Origin: an uncultured Pirellulaceae bacterium
Lineage (GTDB): Bacteria > Planctomycetota > Planctomycetia > Pirellulales > Pirellulaceae
Assembly: GCA_964623055.1 (NCBI GenBank)
Contig: CAZURK010000044.1
Location: 2,152-66,151, forward strand
DNA length: 64,000 nt
Direction: 5' to 3'
In this document: piece by piece, positions 1-8,473 of the stretch
Layout of the letters: every line of letters starts with the position of its first letter
How positions within the stretch are numbered: position 1 is the first letter of the stretch
Position numbers and translations under genes: made by a program
The notes under the pieces: generated by a model
The model's input: only the letters and a program-made list of their open reading frames with translations
Told to the model about the DNA's origin: nothing
The model's database searches: none

Positions 1-1229
1 GGGATTTGGTAACCGAGTTTCGAGACACCGTTCCCGACGTGGTCACACTGCCGCAGCACTTCAAGCAGAACGGCTACTACGCCGTGGGGATGGGAAAGAT
101 CTTCCACAATCCGTTTCCGGATCCGGAATCTTGGACGATCCCCGAGCAGCCGAAGCCCAAGGGGTACGCTTGGCATTCGGAGGAGACTCAAGAGCGTCTG
201 AAGCGGGCTCGGGACGAGGCCCGGCGGGCGGGAATGACCGAGCGGCAAATCGGCAATCGAATTCGTGGCCCGGCCACGGACATCGAAGACGTGCCCGACA
301 ATCGTCGGTTCGACGGCGCCTTGGGGGATCTTGCTCTGGAACATCTACGGAAGGCGGACGCCCAGCAGTCACCGTTCTTTCTCGCTGTGGGATTCATCTT
401 GCCCCATCTCCCTTGGACGCCGCCCAGGAAGTACTGGGATCTTTATGATCCAGCCGAGATTCCCATGGCGGCGAACGGCTTTCTACCCAAGGGGATGCCA
501 GCCGTAGCCTTCGGCGATAGGTCGATGGGCGGAATGTACGAACTGATGGATTGCATGGACATCAAAGATGCACCGAGCCCTTTCATGGGTAGCCTGACCG
601 AGGCCCAGCGTCGACGGCTCAAACACGGTTACTATGCATCGGTCAGTTTCGTGGACGCACAGATTGGCCGGCTGATAGAGGAATTGAAGCGACTCGGCCT
701 GGAGGACGATACGATCGTCGTGCTCTGGGGCGACCACGGTTGGAAGCTGGGCGAGCACAACGGATGGTGCAAGCAGACCAACTACGAAATCGACACGCGT
801 TCACCGCTGATCATCGCCGCTCCCGGTGCCAAGGCTAACGGGCAAACCAGCGACGCACTGGTGGAGTTTCTGGATATCTATCCCACGCTCTGCGAGTTGG
901 CCGGGCTGCCGCTTCCTGACCATCTGGAGGGCAAGAGCATGGCCCCCTTGCTCGACGATCCCAATCAGCCGTGGAAGACTGCCGCCTTCAGCCAGTTTCC
1001 GCGCCGCCACCAGGGCCGCAACTACGCAGGTTACGCCATGCGGACCGATCGGTATCGCTACGTCGAATGGATCGACCGCCGAACGCGCGACGTTGTTGCC
1101 ACCGAGTTGTACGACCACATGAGCGATTCTGCTGAAAACACGAACATTGCTGGCCAAGCGGAAAACAAACCCCTGCTTGCAAGACTCAGCCGTCAGATGT
1201 GGAATACATTACCGCAACCGCCGGACTAA
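1..1229 (+). CDS. Sulfatase (iduronate-2-sulfatase-like), 5' end cut by the window edge
   Basis: The ORF is open to position 1. It carries sulfatase C-terminal-half motifs LPHLPWTPPRKYWDLYD and VVLWGDHGWKLGEHNGW. The N-terminal CxPxR region must lie upstream of the window. Confidence 0.85.
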   Translation, partial: DLVTEFRDTVPDVVTLPQHFKQNGYYAVGMGKIFHNPFPDPESWTIPEQPKPKGYAWHSEETQERLKRARDEARRAGMTERQIGNRIRGPATDIEDVPDNRRFDGALGDLALEHLRKADAQQSPFFLAVGFILPHLPWTPPRKYWDLYDPAEIPMAANGFLPKGMPAVAFGDRSMGGMYELMDCMDIKDAPSPFMGSLTEAQRRRLKHGYYASVSFVDAQIGRLIEELKRLGLEDDTIVVLWGDHGWKLGEHNGWCKQTNYEIDTRSPLIIAAPGAKANGQTSDALVEFLDIYPTLCELAGLPLPDHLEGKSMAPLLDDPNQPWKTAAFSQFPRRHQGRNYAGYAMRTDRYRYVEWIDRRTRDVVATELYDHMSDSAENTNIAGQAENKPLLARLSRQMWNTLPQPPD

Positions 1230-1384
1230 GTTCCTCGCGGCGTCAACGTCGGCACGCGATCTTCCGAAATCGCGGGGACGTCCTGCTGACACTGTCCTGG
1301 AGAACACAAGGTTGATTCCCCGTTTTTCCTAAGACCCTCCGGTTTCACGATCGCCACGACAGAACCTGGTACTGCATCGAGGAG

Positions 1385-3295
1385 ATGACACCTATGAACT
1401 CGCAAGCGAAGCATCCATTACGCCGCCAGCAAACGCTACTCGTGTGTGTCGGCATTTTGGCGCTGTCATTCACTAGCATTTGCACGGGAGCACAAGGTGA
1501 GAGGCCAGCAGTTCCCGTCATCAAGGACGGTGAAGCGCAGATCGTTCCTGAATTCAAAGACCCCGATTTGTGGGTCCGCCACGATCTCTGGGTCGAAACG
1601 GAGTTCGATTCCGACGATGATGGCAAACCAGACCGCATGCACGTGGCCGTCACCCGGCCTCGGCAAACCGAGTCCGAGGGGCTCAAACTCCCGGTGATCT
1701 ACGTGTCGAGCCCTTACTTCGCGGGGACCATTCCAAAAGTGAAGGAGTACTTTTGGAACCCTCGGCACGAACTCGGCGCCACTCCGCCGAAGCGAAAGGT
1801 GGCTCCTCCGTTCAAACGCAGGGGCGTGCGTCCCATCATCTCCAAGTCGCATCTAAATGACTGGGTGCCGCGTGGCTTTGTTGTCGTCCACTCGTCGTCG
1901 CCAGGAACTGGGCTTTCGCAAGGTTGCCCCACCGTCGGCGGTGACAACGAATCGCTCGCGCCGAAAGCCGTTATTGATTGGCTGGGCGGTCGCGCGCCCG
2001 GATACACCACGCCCGACGGCGATGAAGAGGTTGTCGCCTACTGGTCTACCGGAAAGGTAGGAATGACAGGCACGTCCTACAACGGGACGATCCCACTGGC
2101 CGCTGCGACCACCGGCGTCGACGGCCTGGAAGCGATCATTCCCATCGCGCCAAATACGTCGTACTACCACTACTATCGCTCCCATGGATTGGTCCGCCAC
2201 CCGTACGGATATATGGGCGAGGACATCGACTGCCTCTACGACTACATCCACAGCGGCAATCCAGAAAAACGCGAGCACTGCGACTGCACTGTTCGGGACA
2301 AAGAGATGGCCAATGGATTCGATCGGGTGACCGGCGACTACAACGACTTCTGGGCTGGTCGAGACTATCTTAACGACCTGGTCCCGATGAAAGCCGCCAC
2401 GTTGATGGCCCACGCATTCAACGACTGGAACGTCATGCCGGAACACAGCGTGCGAATCTATCAAGCGCTCAAAGCCAAAGGCGTCCCGGTCCAGGCGTAC
2501 TTCCACCAGGGAGGTCATGGTGGGGCGCCTCCGATGAAGATGATGAATCGATGGTTTACTCGCTATCTGCACGGCGTCGAAAACGGCGTCGAGAAAGACT
2601 CGCGGGTCTGGATTGCTCGCGAGAACGCCGATAGAGCCAAACCGACTGCCTACGAAGACTACCCGAACCCTGGGGCGTCTCCTGTCTCGCTGTATCTTGT
2701 CGGCGGCAGCCCGGAGCAGGGACGGCTCAGCCCCGTCTCGATGCCCAAGCAGGGCACCGAAACGCTGGTAGACAACTTTTCGTTTAGCGGCGCCGCACTG
2801 GCAAAGGCCGAATGGACAGAACATCGCCTGATCTACGTGACCTCGAAGCTGACTGAAGCGGTTCACCTGTCAGGCACTCCGCGTATCACCATCCGACTAG
2901 CTAGCAGCAAACCCGCCGCCAACTTGTCGGTCTGGCTTGTATCTCTGCCGTGGAACGAGTCCAGGAACGCAAAGATTACGGACAATATTATCACGCGCGG
3001 CTGGGCCGATCCTCAGAATCATCGCTCGCTCACTGAAAGCGAAACCCTCGTGCCGGGCCAGTTCTACGAAATGGGCTTCGATCTCCAGCCGGACGACCAG
3101 ATCATCCCTAAAGGGCAGCAGATTGGCCTGATGATTTTCTCGAGCGACCGCGACTTCACGCTCTGGCCCACGCCGGGCACGGAGTTGACGGTCGACCTGG
3201 ACGCAACATCCATCGAGCTGCCGGTGCTGGGCGGTTCCGAGGCATTTGCGAAAGCCCTTGGGAAAGAGCCAAGCGAGCCAGATGCCACGGAATGA
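1385..3295 (+). CDS. S15-family Xaa-Pro dipeptidyl-peptidase / CocE-NonD-type serine hydrolase, secreted
   Basis: GGAG lies just before the ATG. The N-terminus is hydrophobic and signal-like. The nucleophile elbow GMTGTSYNGT is present. The 636-aa length and C-terminal beta-sandwich-like region are typical of PepX/CocE. Confidence 0.8.
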   Translation: MTPMNSQAKHPLRRQQTLLVCVGILALSFTSICTGAQGERPAVPVIKDGEAQIVPEFKDPDLWVRHDLWVETEFDSDDDGKPDRMHVAVTRPRQTESEGLKLPVIYVSSPYFAGTIPKVKEYFWNPRHELGATPPKRKVAPPFKRRGVRPIISKSHLNDWVPRGFVVVHSSSPGTGLSQGCPTVGGDNESLAPKAVIDWLGGRAPGYTTPDGDEEVVAYWSTGKVGMTGTSYNGTIPLAAATTGVDGLEAIIPIAPNTSYYHYYRSHGLVRHPYGYMGEDIDCLYDYIHSGNPEKREHCDCTVRDKEMANGFDRVTGDYNDFWAGRDYLNDLVPMKAATLMAHAFNDWNVMPEHSVRIYQALKAKGVPVQAYFHQGGHGGAPPMKMMNRWFTRYLHGVENGVEKDSRVWIARENADRAKPTAYEDYPNPGASPVSLYLVGGSPEQGRLSPVSMPKQGTETLVDNFSFSGAALAKAEWTEHRLIYVTSKLTEAVHLSGTPRITIRLASSKPAANLSVWLVSLPWNESRNAKITDNIITRGWADPQNHRSLTESETLVPGQFYEMGFDLQPDDQIIPKGQQIGLMIFSSDRDFTLWPTPGTELTVDLDATSIELPVLGGSEAFAKALGKEPSEPDATE

Positions 3296-3325
3296 CGGCG
3301 ACCCTACAAATAAATTGGGAAAACG

Positions 3326-5068
3326 ATGAACACCTCTCGGGAACATGTGAGCCTCGCGTTGACCGTGCTCGTTGTCATGCTGGCGACAGCGCGGGATGCG
3401 TCGGCCGACAAGCCGCAGCATCCCAATGTGCTGTTCATCTCTGTCGATGATCTCAATGACTGGACGGGCTGCCTCGGCGGGCACCCTCAGGCGAAGACAC
3501 CGAATATCGATCGGCTCGCGGCCAGCGGAGTTCTGTTCACGAATGCCCATTGTCCGGCCCCCGCCTGCAATCCCTCACGCACGGCCATCATGACGGGAAT
3601 CTCGCCGCACAAGTCCGGTCTGTATGACAACCGTCAGAAGATGCGGCAAATCCTCCCTGATGCCGAGCTGTTGCCGAAATATTTCGCTACTCACGGCTAC
3701 TGGGCGGGTGGGTCTGGGAAGATTCTGCACTACTTCATCGATGCACAATCGTGGGATGAATACTACCCGGCAAAGGAGACGGAAGATCCGTTTCCTCGTA
3801 CTCTGTATCCGGAACAACGGCCTGTCAGTTTGCCTCGCGGTGGCCCTTGGCAGTATGTCGAAACCGACTGGGGACCGCTGGATGCGACGGACGAGGAGTT
3901 TGGCGGCGATTGGCTCGTCTCGAAATGGATCGGTGAACAACTTCGGAAACGGCACGACAAGCCGTTCTTCCTGGCATGCGGCATCTATCGGCCCCATGAG
4001 CCGTGGTTTGTTCCGAAGAAGTACTTTGATCTTTTCCCCATCGAGGACATTCAACTGCCACCGGGCTACAAGGAGGATGATCTCGATGATCTTCCCCCCG
4101 CCGGTAAGCGTCGCGGCCCCAATCGCTATTTCGCCCATATCCGAGCCCACAAGCAGTGGAAGGAGGGAATTCGGGGCTACCTGGCGTCGATCGCATTTGC
4201 CGATGCCATGGTCGGTCGCGTTATCGACTCGCTCGAAAGCGGTCCGAATCGCGACAATACGATCGTCGTGCTGTGGAGCGATCACGGTTGGCATCTGGGC
4301 GAGAAGCAGCACTGGCAGAAGTTCACGGCTTGGCGAGTCTGCACTCGTGTTCCGCTGATTGTGCGAGTTCCCGCAGGAACTTCGGGACTGCCAGCCGGCA
4401 CGCGCCCTGGAAGCACCTGCGCATGGCCGGTCAATCTTCTAAGTCTGTTCCCAACACTGACTGAACTGGCCGGTCTGCCACATAAGCCGGACAACGACGG
4501 GCCCAGTATCGTTCCGCTCCTCAGAAACCCGAAAGCAGACTGGCCTCACGTTTCCATTACGTACCTGTCTGAACCCGGCAGTTATGGGCTCAGTGAGGAG
4601 CGTTGGCGGTATATCCACTACGCGAACGGTGACGAAGAGCTTTATGACTGCCAACAAGATCCCTATGAATGGACGAACCTCGGGGCCGCCGCGGATCACG
4701 CGGCCAGGCTGGAGGAATTTCGGGCACTGGCACCGCAGACATTTGCACCACGGGTGCCGCCCACGGACGAATCGCTGCCGAAACTGAAGTGGCACGCGGC
4801 TGCCGGGTCACCGGCGCCGGCCTCGAAGCCGGATGGCGACCCGTTCGACGTTGTCTTCTTCAACGAGCGCAGGGATCCAGTCAATCTCCACTGGATGGAC
4901 CGCCAAGGAAAGCCAAAACCCTACGGCGCCGTCGCTCCCGGCCAGCGCAAGCGTCAGAGAACTCGCCCAGGTGCAGTGTGGCTCATAACCGACTCACAGG
5001 ACAAACCTCTTGGGCACTTCATCGTCGATGATCGCACTGCCCGGGCCCTCATCCCGGAGAGTGAATGA
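3326..5068 (+). CDS. Cys-type sulfatase with an extra C-terminal pVHL-beta-like domain
   Basis: Signal peptide is present. The metal site is PNVLFISVDDLND. The formylglycine motif is C-N-P-S-R-TAIMTG. It also has VVLWSDHGWHLGEKQHW. The last ~76 aa (4838..5065) are not sulfatase-like. Confidence 0.9.
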   Translation: MNTSREHVSLALTVLVVMLATARDASADKPQHPNVLFISVDDLNDWTGCLGGHPQAKTPNIDRLAASGVLFTNAHCPAPACNPSRTAIMTGISPHKSGLYDNRQKMRQILPDAELLPKYFATHGYWAGGSGKILHYFIDAQSWDEYYPAKETEDPFPRTLYPEQRPVSLPRGGPWQYVETDWGPLDATDEEFGGDWLVSKWIGEQLRKRHDKPFFLACGIYRPHEPWFVPKKYFDLFPIEDIQLPPGYKEDDLDDLPPAGKRRGPNRYFAHIRAHKQWKEGIRGYLASIAFADAMVGRVIDSLESGPNRDNTIVVLWSDHGWHLGEKQHWQKFTAWRVCTRVPLIVRVPAGTSGLPAGTRPGSTCAWPVNLLSLFPTLTELAGLPHKPDNDGPSIVPLLRNPKADWPHVSITYLSEPGSYGLSEERWRYIHYANGDEELYDCQQDPYEWTNLGAAADHAARLEEFRALAPQTFAPRVPPTDESLPKLKWHAAAGSPAPASKPDGDPFDVVFFNERRDPVNLHWMDRQGKPKPYGAVAPGQRKRQRTRPGAVWLITDSQDKPLGHFIVDDRTARALIPESE

Positions 5069-5112
5069 TCAATGGTCTATAGGTCGTTCCGTTACCTGGA
5101 GGCGTCAATCAC

Positions 5113-5469
5113 ATGTTTCGAGTCTTCTTGTCGATAGGGCTATTTGGCTTCTTCACCATCATCGCTATTGCGGCTGGATCGTCTTCTGCCGCAGAGCGGC
5201 CAAACGTACTGTTTGTGATTGTGGACGACTTGCGCCCGGAGCTGGGAGACCAACTCAACACGCTCGCCAAAGAGTTGCTAGCTAGCGACGGCAAACGTGG
5301 AGCGAGAAAAGCCCACGGCGGCGGCCCCGCCATCGCCGTGGTGACAGGAGCCAAGTCGAAAGGCGACGCGATCGACACCCTACTCATCTACCACACAGCC
5401 GCCGCCCCGCTGACCTGCCCCAAGTGCATCCAGCCCCGCAAGAAAGCGAAGGGCGGCCAGCGATTTTGA
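5113..5469 (+). pseudogene. N-terminal remnant of a sulfatase gene; only about the first 45 codons are sulfatase-like
   Basis: The ORF opens MFRVFLSIGLFGFFTIIAIAAGSSSAAERPNVLFVIVDDLRPELG, a signal peptide plus the sulfatase N-terminal DD metal motif. Homology stops near 5250, before any CxPxR motif. The rest of the ORF is unrelated sequence. Confidence 0.7.
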
Positions 5470-5471
5470 AT

Positions 5472-6662
5472 TCAGACTGCGCCCCGCCCGTCACTTCCAT
5501 GCATGTTCTTCTTAGCGGCCCAATTGGACCAGCTTGCCATATTCTCTGGGTTCAACTCCGGTCGCATTTCGACCGGAAGGTTGGTGTAGTGACGGGCACA
5601 GTTCATCCAACAGGAGTCGTTGATCGTCGCAAACACCTCTGGGCTCGCACCAGAAAAAGTGTGCTGTTTCCAGTATTCCTGAAACGCCTCGGCGCGAGGA
5701 TCGTCGGTGATGATCAAGCCGCTGGCCATAGCCGAGGTAGCGATTTCTGCCAATGATTCGGGCGAAAGTGACTCAGCCTCTGTGAAAGCCCAGTTGTGCG
5801 TTGAAATGCGTAGGACGCCGTTGGGGCCAACGCCGGGATGGGAAAGGTTGTTGCGCGACATCGCATCGCTTGAGAGGGCCGACAAATACGCCGCAAACGC
5901 AAAGCTGTGTGCTGAATGAATTCGTAGCTGAAAAGAGTAGAGCCAGGCCGCCAACGACGGCATATCAACCTCCGCGTTATACGTCCATTTGTTCCACTTG
6001 AGCGTTACCGGTACGGACGCCGCCGGAGTCGGGCCCGCATCGGAAGCAGCACTTGCGTCAATCTGCGCGTTCTTCACGCGGATTTCTTGCTCAAGTTGAT
6101 GAACACGTTGTGCCAGTTCGTATTTCTCTGATTTCAGGCTCTGCACTTCCATTTCAATATCGCCGCGGACCCAACCGGGACGAGGGATTATCGCAATTGC
6201 CTTTGCCAATGAAGCAACAACTTTCGTGCTCAAATCAGACTTGTCACGCCAAAACGTGACTTGGTGCGTGTCAGTCACCTTTTTGCGGAATGCTCGTAGC
6301 AGCCGTTGGGCCTTTGCCGTCTTTTCTACCACTCCGGCTGGGAGTTTATCGATGTCTTCGTGTATGAACGCAAGGATCGGCACACCCTTGGATGATGCGT
6401 AATCAAATTCGCGTTCGACAAAACTCACGCCGACTTCACTGAGCGTCCCGTATCTTCCGGCTAAGACGAGCACGAAGTAATCCGACAGGTCAATCGTTCG
6501 CTCAATCACCGTCCAGCTGTCCTCGGCGTCCGAGCCGAACAACTCCATCCCCGCTGGGAAATGCCCCATTGCTTGGATTGCATTCGCGATTTCGTCCCGC
6601 TCAGGGCGCAGGTCCGCATAGGTGGAGCTTATGAAACTCTGAAATCGCTTCTTAAGTGCCAT
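5472..6662 (-). CDS. DUF4062-type (N-deoxyribosyltransferase/TIR-like fold) domain protein with a coiled coil and an unknown C-terminal domain
   Basis: Start chosen at MALKKRFQSFISSTYADLRPERDEIANAIQAMGHFPAGMELFGSDAEDSWTVIERTIDLSDYFVLVLAGRYGTL...SFVEREFDYA...PILAFI. This matches the DUF4062 pattern vFISStf-DL--ER------i---G--p-gmE-F-a------------I--cD--i-i-G-RYGs. A heptad-like segment EMEVQSLKSEKYELAQRVHQLEQEIRVKNAQ follows, then ~200 aa that I cannot place. The track ORF extends to 6893, but those extra 77 codons look non-coding. Confidence 0.75.
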   Translation of the reverse strand: MALKKRFQSFISSTYADLRPERDEIANAIQAMGHFPAGMELFGSDAEDSWTVIERTIDLSDYFVLVLAGRYGTLSEVGVSFVEREFDYASSKGVPILAFIHEDIDKLPAGVVEKTAKAQRLLRAFRKKVTDTHQVTFWRDKSDLSTKVVASLAKAIAIIPRPGWVRGDIEMEVQSLKSEKYELAQRVHQLEQEIRVKNAQIDASAASDAGPTPAASVPVTLKWNKWTYNAEVDMPSLAAWLYSFQLRIHSAHSFAFAAYLSALSSDAMSRNNLSHPGVGPNGVLRISTHNWAFTEAESLSPESLAEIATSAMASGLIITDDPRAEAFQEYWKQHTFSGASPEVFATINDSCWMNCARHYTNLPVEMRPELNPENMASWSNWAAKKNMHGSDGRGAV

Positions 6663-6913
6663 GGTGTCTCGGTGGCTAACGGAGTGCAGGCAAGACAGCC
6701 GGGAACTCAACATGGCGAGCTGGCTACTTGCTGGGCCCATTATATGCGGGGGGCAAACGAAAGGCCACACGGACGATACTGGGAATTGACGAACACGAGG
6801 CCAATACATACCATTTGGGTCCTTTCTGGCTTGGTTCCGGCCAAGAGCCCTACGGGAACCCTGCAAGTTTTTCTGTGTCTTAACACGTCTCATTTTTCAG
6901 GCATTTCCGCCAC

Positions 6914-7120
6914 GTGCAGTGGCACGATTGGGTCCACGAGGCTGGAGTAGCCGGAGAACTGAGAGCAATCGAGCTATACGATCAGCAAAGCGATCCCGAC
7001 GAGAACATCAACATTGCCAACCTTGTGGAGAATCGGGAATTGGTCCAAAAGCTCTCCAAACAAATGCAAACAATTTGGCCGAACGGCGTCTTACGACCAG
7101 ATGCTCGGAGGGAACGTTGA
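6914..7120 (+). pseudogene. C-terminal remnant of the same (or another) sulfatase gene
   Basis: ELRAIELYDQQSDPDENINIANLVENRELVQKLSKQMQTIW parallels the C-terminus of the sulfatase at 1..1229, ATELYDHMSDSAENTNIAGQAENKPLLARLSRQMWNTL. There is no sulfatase core upstream of it. Its reading frame differs from the N-terminal remnant. Confidence 0.7.
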
Positions 7121-7252
7121 TGTTTGCAGGCGACTCAGCCTCGCAATCCTTCAAACGGTTGGTATTCTGAAACGTGTTGCGTTCGAGTTCGCCCATTACG
7201 TGCGCCGGGGCTCGAACGCTTACCTCACCCTCAATGACACAAAGAAAACACC

Positions 7253-8179
7253 ATGAAACGTCTCTTTTTCTCGCTGCTGGTTATCCTCTCTGCGGCGGCC
7301 ACCGTCTGTGCGGCAGAAGACGCGAAGACCACGACCGTTACGTTCTATCACACGTCCGACCTGCACGAGCACTCCGCGCCAATGGCGCAAATCGCCGGGT
7401 TTGTCGAGGCCCGAAAGAAGGAACAGCCCAACGTCCTGCTGGTCGATACGGGCGACTGGTTCAACAAGGGCGATCTGACCGACTTGAACACCCGCGGCGA
7501 AGCGATGGCCGCCATGCTCGGCGTCTGCAAGTACGATGCGGTGATTCCGGGCAACCACGATTACTCGTTCGGCACCAGCCGGCTGGCTGAGTTGATTGAC
7601 GCGCACTCGCTGCCGATGGTGGCGGCCAACTGCCGATGGCCGGACGAGATCAAGCCGCGTCAAGCCGCACCGTTTCGCATCTTCAAACTCGAAGGAATCA
7701 CGGTTGGGATCATCGGCACGGCCACACCAATCTCGACCCAGCGGAAGGACAAGCTACTGGAAATCCTCCCGATCGGCGGGTCGCTCGGCGTCGTGGTGGC
7801 CGAGTTGGATCGGCAAGTCGACGTGATCGCGCTGCTGACGCATGTTGGCGTCGAGGCCGACCGCAAGCTGGCCCGTGCTCTGCCGCGTGTGGACGTGATC
7901 TTCGGCGGCCACAACCACAAGCGAATCGCGGAACTCGACTTCGACGCCGAGACGCAGACGGTGATTCAGCACAGCGGCGGAGTTGGCAAATGCATCGGAG
8001 AGTTGACGTTGACCTGGGACGGCGAGAAGATCGTCGACCGCAAGGTTAATCTGTTGAAAGTCACCGCAGAGATGCCATCATCGGCCGCGGTCGAGTCCGT
8101 ACGCGCCAAGTACGTTTCCAAGCCGCTGGCCGAAGAGCAACCTTCGCCGGCAGTGCAGGAGCCTGCGGAGACTCGGTAA
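7253..8179 (+). CDS. Secreted calcineurin-like metallophosphoesterase (5'-nucleotidase/UshA N-domain-like)
   Basis: Signal peptide is present. Metallophosphoesterase motifs occur in the expected order: HTSDLHEH, DTGDWFNKGD, GNHDYSFG, LLTHVG, GGHNH. Confidence 0.8.
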   Translation: MKRLFFSLLVILSAAATVCAAEDAKTTTVTFYHTSDLHEHSAPMAQIAGFVEARKKEQPNVLLVDTGDWFNKGDLTDLNTRGEAMAAMLGVCKYDAVIPGNHDYSFGTSRLAELIDAHSLPMVAANCRWPDEIKPRQAAPFRIFKLEGITVGIIGTATPISTQRKDKLLEILPIGGSLGVVVAELDRQVDVIALLTHVGVEADRKLARALPRVDVIFGGHNHKRIAELDFDAETQTVIQHSGGVGKCIGELTLTWDGEKIVDRKVNLLKVTAEMPSSAAVESVRAKYVSKPLAEEQPSPAVQEPAETR

Positions 8180-8374
8180 CGCCCACAAAAGGTCCGTGTG
8201 GGGTCACCCATAACCGCCATCGTGTCAATCCCGGGTTCTCGCGACTCTTCTGAGAACGGCCGTTTCTTGAATTGCCGACTATTCCCAAGAAATATTGCGT
8301 TAGATTCTCGGGTGACCGGGAGCCCATCTAGCCAGCGAGCTGCCAACGACCCACCCTCTGGGAGAATCGGCCTG

Positions 8375-8418
8375 TCTACTGTTTTTACCGTTGATATCTA
8401 CCGATTAAGCAGTAGAAT
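8375..8418 (+). promoter_or_regulatory. Possible sigma70-like promoter bracketed by a 7-bp inverted repeat, upstream of the BlaI gene
   Basis: TTGATA (8391-8396), a 16-nt spacer, then TAGAAT (8413-8418). TCTACTG (8375-8381) and CAGTAGA (8410-8416) are reverse complements, so they are a candidate repressor operator. This rests on sequence pattern only. Confidence 0.3.
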
Positions 8419-8473
8419 GCTGATAGTTTCACCAAAGAGCGAATACGCTGCCGCAAGCCATCAGGGACTTGTC

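Noticed and set aside
6663-6893. N-terminal 77-codon extension of the DUF4062 ORF.
   Set aside because: The DUF4062 domain starts right at MALKKRFQSFISS, as in typical family members. The extension is Ser/Pro/Cys-rich with no features and overlaps the probable promoter and junction region.
5250-6900. An IS element, transposon or prophage remnant as the vehicle of the cassette inside the dead sulfatase.
   Set aside because: I could not find a transposase, integrase or recombinase ORF, terminal inverted repeats, or target-site duplication at the junctions. It is therefore reported as a replacement of unknown mechanism rather than as a mobile_element feature.
8198-8473. Upstream 92 codons of the track ORF 8198..8869 as part of the BlaI gene.
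   Set aside because: BlaI-family proteins are ~125-135 aa. The extension is low-complexity, spans the putative promoter and has no RBS. The ATG at 8474 gives a canonical-length protein.
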